A stretch of 64,000 nt of DNA. Origin: Alphaproteobacteria bacterium (GTDB lineage Bacteria; Pseudomonadota; Alphaproteobacteria; Rs-D84). The stretch lies in assembly GCA_017618175.1 (NCBI GenBank), contig JAFZUT010000011.1, positions 36,656 through 100,655 of the forward strand. Direction: 5' to 3'. Position numbers and translations under genes: made by a program. Positions 35,006-48,328 of this stretch are shown here, piece after piece (position 1 is the stretch's first letter; each line of letters starts with the position of its first letter). The notes beneath the pieces are model-generated. The model worked only from the letters and a program-made list of their open reading frames with translations. It was not told where the DNA came from and did no database searches.

Positions 35006-35815
35006 ATGTTTGGCCATAAACCACATCTTGTTGTTGCCATAACCACCATGGATTTGGATGCGCTGCGCGTGTCATTGCCACCACTGCGCCGGTTGCGGCA
35101 AAAATTTACTTTGGTTATTCATAATGATAATCCGGTAATGCAATTGGGGCGGGGAATGGTTCGCAGAATGTATCCGCGGGGCAAATTGCACATTATAAAC
35201 ACTGACCAAAACCTTGGGGAATTAGAATCGCGAATTAAAACAATTGAATATATTCGTGATAACAAGATTCCGTGCGATTGGATTATCTTTGCAGATGATG
35301 ACGATGTATTGATTGATGTTGGTATCCCAAGTGTGGGCGAAAATATATTTGCAATTGTCCAAGATGCAACCACGATTTATGAATCGTTGACCGATATATT
35401 CAAGATATCAAATAAATGGACACTGGGCGCGCCCGTTGGTAAAACCGGACCACATTTTGATATAACGGGCACAATGATACGCGCAAAAATCTTGTTTGAA
35501 TTTGCCGAATTTATGCGCGGAATTATACCAGATGCAGATAAATTGTTGGCAAATACGAAATACAGGGTGCCGATTTCAACGCTGTTGTGGGCGGGGCTGA
35601 ATGCGTTTGCGCGTGTGCGTCATCCGGATATGTCAGCCATATATATGAATCGAACAAATTATGTCGCAATAAAAATGGGACGTGCAACAACCAAGTATGG
35701 GCGCACAATTCCAAATAATACAACGGCGCACAAGGCGATATCTGAAACAATTAAGAAATTTACCGGATTAATAGATACGGTCGCCGCGCAAAATATAGTT
35801 GCGGAAAATCAATAA
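35006..35815 (+). CDS. hypothetical protein, possibly a GT-A-fold glycosyltransferase
   Basis: N-terminal VVAITTMD...LVIHNDN and an acidic IIFADDDDVLID stretch are reminiscent of the GT2 DxD region. This is weak. Confidence 0.3.
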   Translation: MFGHKPHLVVAITTMDLDALRVSLPPLRRLRQKFTLVIHNDNPVMQLGRGMVRRMYPRGKLHIINTDQNLGELESRIKTIEYIRDNKIPCDWIIFADDDDVLIDVGIPSVGENIFAIVQDATTIYESLTDIFKISNKWTLGAPVGKTGPHFDITGTMIRAKILFEFAEFMRGIIPDADKLLANTKYRVPISTLLWAGLNAFARVRHPDMSAIYMNRTNYVAIKMGRATTKYGRTIPNNTTAHKAISETIKKFTGLIDTVAAQNIVAENQ

Positions 35816-35854
35816 AGTTCTATAATCCGGGCATAAAAACAAGGAAATCACACT

Positions 35855-37930
35855 ATGACATATGATGAAATAAGAAAACTGTTTTTGAATTATTTTGAAT
35901 CGCATGGACACAAAATCGTTCCGTCTGCATCATTGATACCGAATGACCCAACATTATTATTCACGGTTGCGGGCATGGTGCCGTGGAAGAATATATTTTT
36001 GGGTACCGAAAATCCGCCGGCCCCACGTGTGGCCGATGTACAAAAATGCATCCGTGCGGGTGGAAAACACAACGATTTGGAAGATGTCGGTTTTGACGGT
36101 CGTCATCATACATTCTTTGAAATGTTGGGAAATTGGTCTTTTGGTGACTATTTCAAAGAAGGCGCAATTGAAATGTCGTGGGATTTGTTAACCAATGTTA
36201 TTGGAATTGACCCGGCGCGATTGGTTGTGACCGCGCATGAAAGCGATGATGAAGCCGCGGCAATTTGGAAAAAAGTTGCCGGCAAAGAGGCAATTCGTTT
36301 GGGTAAAGACAATTGGTGGTCGGCCGGGGATACCGGTCCGTGCGGCCCGTGCAGTGAAATTTTCTATGATTTCGGCGAAAATGTTCCGGGCGGCCTGCCG
36401 GGCAGTCCGGATGAAGACGGTGGCCGATATGTCGAAATTTGGAATGATGTTTTTATGCAATATGACCGTGATGCGAATGGGAACTTGACGCCACTGCCCA
36501 AGAAAAACGTTGATACGGGTGCGGGTTTGGAACGTTGGGCCGCAATGTTGCAGGGTAAAATTGACAACTATGATACCGATTTGTTTGTAAATCTTAAACG
36601 CGCGGTCAGTGATGTCACCGGCGTGCGCGAGACACCAAACAATATCACCAGTTTCAAGGTTATTACCGACCACTTGCGTTCCGTTGGATTCGCAATCGCG
36701 GATGGTGTTATCCCGTCAAACAGTGACCGTGGTTACGTGATTCGTCGTATTTTGCGGCGCGCAATGCGACACGGACAAATATTGGGGCATAATGGCGCAT
36801 TGTTGTCGCGGCTTTATCCGGCGTTGGTGGAACAAATGGGTGCGGCGTATCCAGAATTACGCACGAACGCGGCACACGTTATGGAAATTATCACGAACGA
36901 AGAAAATTCTTTTGCCGATATGTTGAACAATGGTATGAAATTATTGGAGAATGAATTACCAAAAATTCACGGCAATGTGTTACCGGGTTCTGTTGCATTC
37001 AAACTGTTTGATACATATGGGTTCCCATTGGATTTAACGCAAATGATTCTGCGCGACAAAAATATAACTGTTGATGTCGCCGGGTTTGAATCCGAGATGG
37101 CGGCACAAAAGGAACGCAGTCGTGCGAACACACGCGGAACAAAAATATTCTGGGAATCGCGTGCTGATTTGCCGGCAACGATTGACGCGGCAAAATACGC
37201 ACCGGATGAAAATATGGAATCAAAAGTCTTGGCAATATTGCGAAATGGCGAATTTGTGGATTCGGCCGATGCGGGCGATGAAGTCGAAGTTGCATTGGAT
37301 AAAACAAATTTCTATGGCACCCAGGGCGGCCAGGTCGGCGACAGTGGCGAGATAAAAATTGGCGACACAAATGTGATGAACGTGACCGAGGCCGCACGTG
37401 CGGATGGCATAGTTCTGCATCGCGGGGTGGCCGCGGGCAAGATTTCCGTTGGCGATGCTGTGCGACCAATTGTAAATATGCAAAATCGCAACGCGACCGC
37501 ACGCGCACATACCGCAACACATTTATTGCAATCTGCATTGCGCCAGGTTTTGAATACGGATGTGGAACAACGCGGGTCCAAGGTCAGTCCGGATTCTGTG
37601 CGTTTTGACTTTTCATTTGGGCGTGCGATGACGGACGATGAAAAGGCCGCGGTGGAAAAATTGGTGAACGAATGGATTGATGCCGATATGAATGTTGCAC
37701 ACGAAGAAATGCCTATTGAGGTGGCAAAAAAACGCGGTGCGATGGCGTTGTTTGGTGAAAAGTACGGAGATATGGTCCGTGTTATAACGGCGGGTGATGT
37801 GTCGTGCGAACTGTGTGGCGGAACGCATATCAATCATACCGGCGAAATTATCCGGGCGAAAATAAACAAAGAAAAATCTATCAGCAGCGGCATCCGCCGC
37901 ATCACAATGTCTGTTGGTGCACTTGCGTGA
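35855..37930 (+). CDS. alaS: alanine--tRNA ligase, short form lacking the C-Ala/DHHA1 domain
   Basis: Catalytic core present (FTVAGMVPWK, RAGGKHNDLEDVG, FFEMLGNWSFGDYFK). Editing-domain motifs HTATHLL and CGGTH are present. The ORF stops about 40 aa after CGGTH, at 691 aa. Confidence 0.88.
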   Translation: MTYDEIRKLFLNYFESHGHKIVPSASLIPNDPTLLFTVAGMVPWKNIFLGTENPPAPRVADVQKCIRAGGKHNDLEDVGFDGRHHTFFEMLGNWSFGDYFKEGAIEMSWDLLTNVIGIDPARLVVTAHESDDEAAAIWKKVAGKEAIRLGKDNWWSAGDTGPCGPCSEIFYDFGENVPGGLPGSPDEDGGRYVEIWNDVFMQYDRDANGNLTPLPKKNVDTGAGLERWAAMLQGKIDNYDTDLFVNLKRAVSDVTGVRETPNNITSFKVITDHLRSVGFAIADGVIPSNSDRGYVIRRILRRAMRHGQILGHNGALLSRLYPALVEQMGAAYPELRTNAAHVMEIITNEENSFADMLNNGMKLLENELPKIHGNVLPGSVAFKLFDTYGFPLDLTQMILRDKNITVDVAGFESEMAAQKERSRANTRGTKIFWESRADLPATIDAAKYAPDENMESKVLAILRNGEFVDSADAGDEVEVALDKTNFYGTQGGQVGDSGEIKIGDTNVMNVTEAARADGIVLHRGVAAGKISVGDAVRPIVNMQNRNATARAHTATHLLQSALRQVLNTDVEQRGSKVSPDSVRFDFSFGRAMTDDEKAAVEKLVNEWIDADMNVAHEEMPIEVAKKRGAMALFGEKYGDMVRVITAGDVSCELCGGTHINHTGEIIRAKINKEKSISSGIRRITMSVGALA

Positions 37931-38084
37931 CGGATTTTTGAAAAACGCTGCGTGTAATGCGGCAATCAATACCGATATGATGCAACGTATTGAAAACGGG
38001 TTCAAAAAACAGTGTTGTAAATAGGTATTGCCATTTGGTGTTTTCCGTGCTATGATTTTCCCACATAACCAAAAGGAAAGTAAT

Positions 38085-38897
38085 ATGTTATTAAAAGGTA
38101 AAAAGATTTTAATCACGGGTGTTGCGAATGATTGGTCTATGGCGTGGGCAATTGCAAAACGCGCACATGAAAACGGGGCGGAAATTGCCATGCCGTATGC
38201 TATGCCGGCGTTGGAAAAACGCGTGCGGCCGTTGGCGGAATCAATCGGTGCAAAATTCGTCCAAGAATGCAATGTGCAGAACGATGAACAAATGGATTCT
38301 TTGTTTGCAAATATCGAACGCGAATGGGGGCATTTGGACGGAATGCTGCACGCGATTGCGTTTTCCGATAAAAATGAATTGATGGGGCGCTATGTCGATA
38401 CTACGCGTGAAAATTTCAAAAACACAATGGATATTTCCGTATATTCTTTGGTTGATTTGACACGCCGGGCATCTAAGTTAATGACGGACGGCGGTTCAAT
38501 TGTGACATTGACATATTTCGGTGGGGAGAAGTCTGTGCCGAATTATAATGTTATGGGCGTGGCCAAGGCCGCGTTGGATGCATCGGTGCGTTATTTGGCA
38601 TCGGACCTGGGACGCGATAAAATTCGCATTAACGCAATCAGCGCCGGCCCAATTTTGACCTTGGCGTCCAGTGGCGTTGGCGGAATTAAAACTATGTTGC
38701 GCCTGAACGCGGAACAAACCCCATTGCGCCGCAATATGACATTGGACGATGTATCGGGTGCCGCGATGTATTTGTTCAGTGATTTGTCATCCGCCGTCAC
38801 CGGCGAAGTGCATCACGTTGATTGTGGTTATTCCACAACCGGTATGATGCCAAACGAATTAAAAGATGTTTTATTAAAGGCATTGGATAATCAGTAA
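38085..38897 (+). CDS. fabI: enoyl-[acyl-carrier-protein] reductase (NADH), FabI type
   Basis: MLLKGKKILITGVANDWSMAWAIAK...HAIAFSDK...YNVMGVAKAALDASVRYLA (Y-x6-K) ...SAGPI. RBS AAAAGGAAAG. Confidence 0.9.
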   Translation: MLLKGKKILITGVANDWSMAWAIAKRAHENGAEIAMPYAMPALEKRVRPLAESIGAKFVQECNVQNDEQMDSLFANIEREWGHLDGMLHAIAFSDKNELMGRYVDTTRENFKNTMDISVYSLVDLTRRASKLMTDGGSIVTLTYFGGEKSVPNYNVMGVAKAALDASVRYLASDLGRDKIRINAISAGPILTLASSGVGGIKTMLRLNAEQTPLRRNMTLDDVSGAAMYLFSDLSSAVTGEVHHVDCGYSTTGMMPNELKDVLLKALDNQ

Positions 38898-38901
38898 AAA
38901 C

Positions 38902-38927
38902 AAAAACCCGCATAATGCGGGTTTTTA
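38902..38927. terminator. bidirectional rho-independent terminator
   Basis: A-run, AACCCGCA-taa-TGCGGGTT, T-run. Confidence 0.8.
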
Positions 38928-38930
38928 TAA

Positions 38931-39251
38931 CTATTTTTTATTGGTAAAAATCTTTTCCGGATGCTTGATATTTACAATGCCAACAATCAGGTCAACCAAA
39001 GCCCAAATACAAACCGCAAAGCCCGGCACAATCAACAACCACCCAATTGTCCCCATCAATAACATCGCGATGCCTTGACCGTTTTTCCCGGCATAAAACT
39101 TATGCACACCCAATATGCCCAAGAACCATACCAAAACAAGGTATATCAGCATTGATTTGTCTGCGTCAAACGCGACATAACCACATTTGGGGCATGCCTT
39201 GGCCCGGTCGCTGTGCCGCGCGCCACATTCACGACAATAAATCATCGCCAT
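38931..39251 (-). CDS. TM2-domain membrane protein with an N-terminal zinc ribbon
   Basis: MAMIYCRECG-x10-CPKCG, then LVWFLGILGVHKFYAGKNGQGIAMLL, which is the TM2-domain signature. Confidence 0.7.
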   Translation of the reverse strand: MAMIYCRECGARHSDRAKACPKCGYVAFDADKSMLIYLVLVWFLGILGVHKFYAGKNGQGIAMLLMGTIGWLLIVPGFAVCIWALVDLIVGIVNIKHPEKIFTNKK

Positions 39252-39342
39252 ATTTAATCCTTTTTTTATGATTATGTTCACATTTTATCATATTTTTTGC
39301 GCTTTTTCAATTGTGTTTGCGTGCAAGATTTTCTATAATTAA

Positions 39343-43110
<3,768 letters not shown>

Positions 43111-43111
<1 letters not shown>

Positions 43112-43136
43112 AAAAATCCGCCGGGTGCCGGCGGAA
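43111..43136. terminator. rho-independent terminator (better on the minus strand)
   Basis: A7-TCCGCCGG-gtg-CCGGCGGA. Confidence 0.65.
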
Positions 43137-43157
43137 TACAGGTATTTTCGGTTTAGA

Positions 43158-43361
43158 TTACCGTGTCGGTCTTTCAATGAACATCAATATCAACCATATA
43201 ACCGCGGCAATACCAATGATTGCATAGACGATATTAGATACCATCGTGGCGGGACCAAACAACCATGCGACCAAATCAAAGCCGAATATGCCGACCAGTC
43301 CCCAATTTATCGCACCAATGAATGTTAGTGGCGCAAGAACGTAATCTGTTAACCCTTTCAT
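43158..43361 (-). CDS. DUF378-family small membrane protein
   Basis: MKGLTDYVLAPLTFIGAINWGLVGIFGFDLVAWLFG... carries the characteristic IGAINWGLVG motif. RBS GGGAGA. Confidence 0.75.
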   Translation of the reverse strand: MKGLTDYVLAPLTFIGAINWGLVGIFGFDLVAWLFGPATMVSNIVYAIIGIAAVIWLILMFIERPTR

Positions 43362-43555
43362 TTTATTCTCCCATATTGTTGGTTTTGTCATAATTGACAT
43401 TGGCATTATACCGCGTGTAGGGAACGCATACAATACGAACAAATACCTATTAGTCTATTGGTGGTTAGTGTTGGTGGTTCCACTAACCACTACTTGCTTT
43501 TTATTTGTGTGGGTGATAGAATTCACCCGTAAATAACATAAAAGGGGATAAGATA

Positions 43556-43834
43556 ATGAAACGTTCTGATATTATTCGCACTATCCAGGTTCATTTTAAA
43601 CGTATGCGCCTGCATGATGCGGCCGTGGTTGTAGATACGGTTATGGAATCGATGATCAATTCTGTGGCCGCGGGTGACCGTATCGAAATTCGTGGATTTG
43701 GCACTTTTCAGCCGCGTCCACGTGCGACCAAGGTTGGATATAATCCGGTGACCGGCAAACCGATGAATTTGCCGGCAAATACCACGATTCTGTTCAAGCC
43801 CAGTCGTGAACTAACCAAAAGAATGAATGGATAA
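43556..43834 (+). CDS. ihfB: integration host factor subunit beta
   Basis: MKRSDIIRTI...GDRIEIRGFGTFQPRPRATKVGYNPVTGKPMNLPANTTILFKPSRELTKRMN is an IHF-type HU fold. Confidence 0.85.
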   Translation: MKRSDIIRTIQVHFKRMRLHDAAVVVDTVMESMINSVAAGDRIEIRGFGTFQPRPRATKVGYNPVTGKPMNLPANTTILFKPSRELTKRMNG

Positions 43835-43837
43835 GTT

Positions 43838-45577
43838 ATGTTGTTCGGTAAAAAATCCGGAATTAAAAACAAAAATCGTGAAAGATACGACCGCGTGCGC
43901 AAATTGATGTGGATAAAATGTGAAGCATGCGACAAATTGGTATATTACAAAGATTATAAAGATAACCATTATATATGTCCGCGGTGTGGACGCGCGTTCA
44001 TTATGAACCCAAAACAGCGTTTTGATTTGCTGTTCGACGACCGCACGTGGGAAAAAATAACGTTGCCGACCATGCCGGACGACCCATTAAAATTTGTGGA
44101 CCGAATACCGTACAAGGAACGTTTAGAAGAAGGGCGCAGCGATACAGGATACAATGACGCGGTTACGACCGCAGACGGTACAATCGGCGGAATCCCAACA
44201 ACAATTTGTGTTTTGAACGGCGAATTTATGATGGGGTCTATGGGACGTGTCGCCGGCGAGGCAATCGTGGCCAGTGCCGAACACGCAATCAAAACACATC
44301 ACCCAATGATTATGGTCGCGTGCAGTGGTGGGGCGCGGATGCAGGAAAACATACTGTCGTTAATGCAGATGGCGCGTACGACTGTTGCGGTCAACAAATT
44401 GCATGCGGCGGGAATTCCGTATATTGTGCTGCTGACGGACCCGACCTATGGCGGGGTGACGGCATCTTTTGCTATGTTGGGCGACATAAATATTGCGGAA
44501 TCTGGTGCGCGGATTGGGTTTGCCGGTCGCCGCGTAATTGAACAGAATATTCGTGAAAAATTGCCGTCTAATTTCCAAACGGCGGACTATCTGTATGAAC
44601 ACGGTATGGTCGATATGGTTGTGCCGCGTGGCGAATTAAAATCGCGTCTTGAAAAGATTTTGGCGGTCTTGATGCACCGGCCCCACGCGCCCCACGAAAT
44701 AACTGTCACGACACCGGACGCGTCCGATACATCTAAAAAGTCGCGTGGCATGGGTGAAAACCCGGCTTATGATAAAGTGTTGTTGGCACGAAACGAAAAT
44801 CGCCCGCACTTTTTGGACTATATAAACGGCATTGTGGACGATTGGACATATCTGGCCGGCGACCGGCTGTTTGGTGAAGACCCGGCGATGTGTGGTGGTT
44901 TGGGATATTGGAACGGGTTCCCGGCGGTGATTTTGGGCCAAGAAAAGGGTCGCACAATTGAAACACGTCAATTGCATCGCTTCGGCATGCCGAACCCCGA
45001 AGGCTATCGCAAAGCGCAGCGTTTGATGCGTCTGGCGGAACAATTCAAATTGCCGGTTGTGTCTTTGTTTGATACGGCGGGTGCCTTTGCGGGTAGTGCG
45101 GCCGAAGAACGTGGCCAATCCCAGGCGGTGGCATCATCAATTCAAACCGGGCTTTCCATTAAAACACCATATATCGCCGTTAATGTAGGCGAGGGCGGAT
45201 CCGGTGGTGCCATTGCAATTGGCACCGGTGACCGGGTGTTAATGTTGGAAAACGCGATTTATTCGGTAATTGCGCCGGAATCCTGCGCAAGTATTCTGTG
45301 GAAAGATAATAAATTCCGGGCAACTGCGGCGGCGGCAATGAAACTGACCGCGGCGGATATGATGGAAATGGGTGTAATTGATAAAATTATCGCGGAACCG
45401 GATGGTGGCGCACATAAAGATTGGCAAAAAACAATGGAAAATTTGTCAACTGCGGTTGGCGAGCAAATAAAACTGCTTAGTAAAACCGACCCGTCAAAAT
45501 TACCAGAGTTGCGCGCCGAAAAATTCCTTAAAATGACGCGCAAAATTGATGCGACACCGGCCAAGAAAACGAAATAA
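43838..45577 (+). CDS. acetyl-CoA carboxylase carboxyltransferase, fused beta (AccD) and alpha (AccA) subunits
   Basis: N-terminal AccD zinc ribbon CEAC-x15-CPRCG and GGARMQE. The C-terminal half is AccA-like (RPHFLDYI, GRTIETRQLHRFGMPNPEGYRKAQRLMRLAEQFKLPVVSLFDTAGA, GEGGSGGA). It is one uninterrupted 579-aa ORF. Confidence 0.88.
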   Translation: MLFGKKSGIKNKNRERYDRVRKLMWIKCEACDKLVYYKDYKDNHYICPRCGRAFIMNPKQRFDLLFDDRTWEKITLPTMPDDPLKFVDRIPYKERLEEGRSDTGYNDAVTTADGTIGGIPTTICVLNGEFMMGSMGRVAGEAIVASAEHAIKTHHPMIMVACSGGARMQENILSLMQMARTTVAVNKLHAAGIPYIVLLTDPTYGGVTASFAMLGDINIAESGARIGFAGRRVIEQNIREKLPSNFQTADYLYEHGMVDMVVPRGELKSRLEKILAVLMHRPHAPHEITVTTPDASDTSKKSRGMGENPAYDKVLLARNENRPHFLDYINGIVDDWTYLAGDRLFGEDPAMCGGLGYWNGFPAVILGQEKGRTIETRQLHRFGMPNPEGYRKAQRLMRLAEQFKLPVVSLFDTAGAFAGSAAEERGQSQAVASSIQTGLSIKTPYIAVNVGEGGSGGAIAIGTGDRVLMLENAIYSVIAPESCASILWKDNKFRATAAAAMKLTAADMMEMGVIDKIIAEPDGGAHKDWQKTMENLSTAVGEQIKLLSKTDPSKLPELRAEKFLKMTRKIDATPAKKTK

Positions 45578-45599
45578 ACCGCCAAACGGCGGTTTTTTT
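45578..45599. terminator. rho-independent terminator
   Basis: ACCGCC-aaac-GGCGGT followed by T7. Confidence 0.75.
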
Positions 45600-46059
45600 A
45601 TGCTTTTTGTGAATCTTTGGCCCAACGGTATATGATGTTTGCGGTGTGAAAATCTGGAAATGGATTTTTCTTTTTTAATTTTTTCAGTTTGAATTCTTCT
45701 TTGATATTATGCACCAATTCTTCCAACGAAATTTGCCGGTCAATTTGAATTGTTGGCGCGCCACACTGGGTCAACCCGCGAAAATCATCGCATTTTTGTT
45801 TAATAACCGGCCCAATAGGTGTTATTTCATATATGGCAATTTTATCGGTCGGTTTGGTCAAAATTTCGTACCACATCAATGTTTCGAAGGCCGTTTCTGA
45901 AAAATGAATAACCGGCACATCGGATTTTATACAAACGCTTTTATCGTACGGATTATTTGCGGTGAATCGCGTACCAACCGTCACCGCTGTCACATCGGGG
46001 ATATTATATTCACCTGCAAAATGCGAGTTGTTCGTAATAATTTTATAGTATTTCGACAT
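45598..46059 (-). CDS. hypothetical protein (153 aa)
   Basis: Intact ORF with no motif recognised. Confidence 0.45.
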   Translation of the reverse strand: MSKYYKIITNNSHFAGEYNIPDVTAVTVGTRFTANNPYDKSVCIKSDVPVIHFSETAFETLMWYEILTKPTDKIAIYEITPIGPVIKQKCDDFRGLTQCGAPTIQIDRQISLEELVHNIKEEFKLKKLKKKNPFPDFHTANIIYRWAKDSQKA

Positions 46060-46157
46060 TTCATCATCCTATACCAGATATATAGTGCGCAAAACACATT
46101 TGTCAAATGATGGAATTGTTTGGGAATCACTTTTGCAACAGAGTAAGCGAAAGCGGA

Positions 46158-46189
46158 CAAGTCGCGGCTTTGCCGTCGGCAAAGACGGA
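46158..46189 (-). repeat. conserved 32-nt tRNA 3'-trailer hairpin (copy 2)
   Basis: The reverse complement, TCCGTCTTTGCCGACGGCAAAGCCGCGACTTG, directly follows the CCA of tRNA-Ser. It matches 30315-30346 at 30 of 32 positions. Confidence 0.85.
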
Positions 46190-46278
46190 TGGCGGAGCGT
46201 ATAGGACTCGAACCTATGGACCGCTATAACACGGTCACGGATTAGCAATCCGCTGCATTACCACTCTGCCAACGCTCC
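46190..46278 (-). tRNA. tRNA-Ser (anticodon GCU), long variable arm
   Basis: The reverse complement is GGAGCGTTGGCAGAGTGGTAATGCAGCGGATTGCTAATCCGTGACCGTGTTATAGCGGTCCATAGGTTCGAGTCCTATACGCTCCGCCA. The anticodon loop is TTGCTAA. Confidence 0.9.
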
Positions 46279-46354
46279 GGAGCAGTGTGACGATTATAAC
46301 AAACCCCGCGGCCAAAAATCAAGACAAATTTACAATATTTTTACGCATATATTA

Positions 46355-47149
46355 CTATTCGGCCGGGTCAACACCATAGCCCATCTGTCCGGTTCCCGCC
46401 GGCAGATATACCTGTTTGCTGACCGTGTCCCACATAGCATTCGTTGGTACCGTGTATCCACAAATATCCGTTCCCGCCGCCACCGGTTGGTAATTGTGGA
46501 TCATTGTGCCACTGCTGTTATACAGTTTGATATTATATAATTTTATTCCATCACTTAAGGCTGGATTTACCCCTGTTATATAATCATTATTTAACACCAA
46601 CATGGTATTTGTTCCAGTGCAATTGGTAACTTTTTTACTGATATTGCTTAACTTGGTGCCATTGACATAGATATATTTATTTGTATAGGTGGTCGCGGTG
46701 CTTGCTGTTTGGGTGCTGTATGTGTTCTTGCCGTTTGGTTGGGCATCAACAAGTGGGTATGTCGTACTGCCGTTTGTCGACATTGATACGCCCAGTTTGC
46801 TGTTTTGATTTAATGTCATATCGTATTTGCATGTGGCATTCAATGTACCGAATATGCGTGCGTTGGCACCATTGGCAACCTGCATTGTCACAGATATATT
46901 GTTTTTGGAATTGATCGGCACCTTTGTATCAAAATACTGATTTCCATCGGACAGCAAATATGCATTTGAATTTGTCTGGGTCCAATCACAACTGGATGGT
47001 AATTGTTCGGGTTCGGGTGGAACTTCCGGCATTACGTATTCTTCACCGCCACCACGCAAAATGGCGTTAAACACAACCCTAAAAATACCAGCAACCTCCT
47101 CAAAATCCTTGCCTTTCGGGGTATTACAACAGTCGTGGCACAATACCAC
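46355..47149 (-). CDS. tail-fibre-like protein, third member of the family (start uncertain, no obvious signal peptide)
   Basis: AYLLSDGNQYFDT parallels LEYIESTGTQYIDT of CDS 15104. The C-terminal IKLYNIKLYNSSGTMIHNYQPVAAGTD..GYTVPTNAMWDTVSKQVYLPAGTGQMGYG parallels LKLYEGGNLIRNFIPA...GMYDMVSGTFFTNAGSGEFIAGP. Confidence 0.5.
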   Translation of the reverse strand: MVLCHDCCNTPKGKDFEEVAGIFRVVFNAILRGGGEEYVMPEVPPEPEQLPSSCDWTQTNSNAYLLSDGNQYFDTKVPINSKNNISVTMQVANGANARIFGTLNATCKYDMTLNQNSKLGVSMSTNGSTTYPLVDAQPNGKNTYSTQTASTATTYTNKYIYVNGTKLSNISKKVTNCTGTNTMLVLNNDYITGVNPALSDGIKLYNIKLYNSSGTMIHNYQPVAAGTDICGYTVPTNAMWDTVSKQVYLPAGTGQMGYGVDPAE

Positions 47150-47275
47150 TCGTACTCAGTGTAGAAAAATTATATAAACCGGGGCAAGTGTTATTTTTAT
47201 CTGAGGTATATTTTTTATATTGTTTGAAATATACGCGAATATATATTACAATCGTCACAGACAAGGATGCTTTTA

Positions 47276-47596
47276 ATGCCATCAACCAAGGGATATATGG
47301 ATTTTGTTATGGACCAATTGTCAGACATAAATGATGTGTCGTATCGCGCGATGATGGGCGAATATGTGATATATTATCGTGGCAAAGTTGTTGCGGGTGT
47401 TTATGATGATCGGTTTTTGGTTAAACCTACGTCGGGGGCCAAGGCCCTGTTACCAAATGCGCCTATGGAGATTCCGTACCCCGGTGGCAAACCGATGATA
47501 ATGGTTGATGATATCGAAAATCGCGAATTGCTGTGCGATGTGTTTAACGTCATTTACACCGATTTGCCGACACCAAGGCCCAAGTTAAAACAATAA
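47276..47596 (+). CDS. TfoX N-terminal-domain family protein
   Basis: YMDFVMDQLSDINDVSYRAMMGEYVIYYRGKVVAGVYDDRFLVKPT fits the TfoX_N pattern (..RRMFGGYGLY.DG..FA.I.DD.LYLK). Confidence 0.6.
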   Translation: MPSTKGYMDFVMDQLSDINDVSYRAMMGEYVIYYRGKVVAGVYDDRFLVKPTSGAKALLPNAPMEIPYPGGKPMIMVDDIENRELLCDVFNVIYTDLPTPRPKLKQ

Positions 47597-47629
47597 TAAA
47601 AAACGCGGCACATTTACCGCGTTTTATTA

Positions 47630-48199
47630 TTATCGTACTTTTTCGATTGTTCGTGACATCAGTTGTGTTAGTGCAACGGGTGGTTGGCCCGTTTTAACCG
47701 GCCAAATTTGATTCAGGGCCGTATCAACAACAATATCATTTGTATACCCGTCCTGGGCCAGGGGTCTATATTTCGCATCTTGTCCGTCAAAATATTCCAA
47801 ATATATTGGTCTGGACATATCAATGAATTTTTTGTTTTTTAGCAGAAAATTTGGAAATTCTGCATTAAACATCGGTTCAATATCTGACGCATACAACAAT
47901 TTATCGGTTGTAGACAAAATTATCGATAAATTCATATCGGGAAAGATTACAGATTTGAAAAATTTCCTGTCGTCCATGTCGGTGATGGTCACCCGGCGGG
48001 CCAAATTGATGCTGTATGTGGTTTTGTCCACGCCGGATTTAGCAAAGTCTGTAAAACTAGCAATAAATTCACGGAATTGTTCCAGGCTGTCTATAACTTT
48101 TTCATATTCACGCAGCCCCAAAAATCGTCCATCCGGCGTGCGGGTTTCAACCACAAATTTCGTTGTCAAATCAAAATTGACTTTACTGACCAAATCCAT
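47630..48199 (-). CDS. hypothetical protein (start chosen at MDLVSK by RBS AAAGGA)
   Basis: ORF 47630..48316. The internal ATG at 48199 has the best RBS. No motif recognised. Confidence 0.4.
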   Translation of the reverse strand: MDLVSKVNFDLTTKFVVETRTPDGRFLGLREYEKVIDSLEQFREFIASFTDFAKSGVDKTTYSINLARRVTITDMDDRKFFKSVIFPDMNLSIILSTTDKLLYASDIEPMFNAEFPNFLLKNKKFIDMSRPIYLEYFDGQDAKYRPLAQDGYTNDIVVDTALNQIWPVKTGQPPVALTQLMSRTIEKVR

Positions 48200-48328
48200 G
48201 CGCAATCCTTTCTTGTATATTTCATAAATATCACAAATTTGAATCATGTCAAATACATTGTGCTTTTGTTCTTGTTGTGTTTGTGGGTGGTCGATAATAG
48301 CATGATATATAACCAAAGGGGGGCATAT

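Noticed and set aside
43463-43493. A perfect 10-bp hairpin (GTGGTTAGTG...CACTAACCAC) upstream of ihfB, considered as a regulatory element or repeat family together with GGTTAGTGGGTAGTGGGT at about 33398.
   Set aside because: The two sites share only a short GGTTAGTG string, and I could not support a repeat family or an operator from this window alone. I note it here but did not annotate it.
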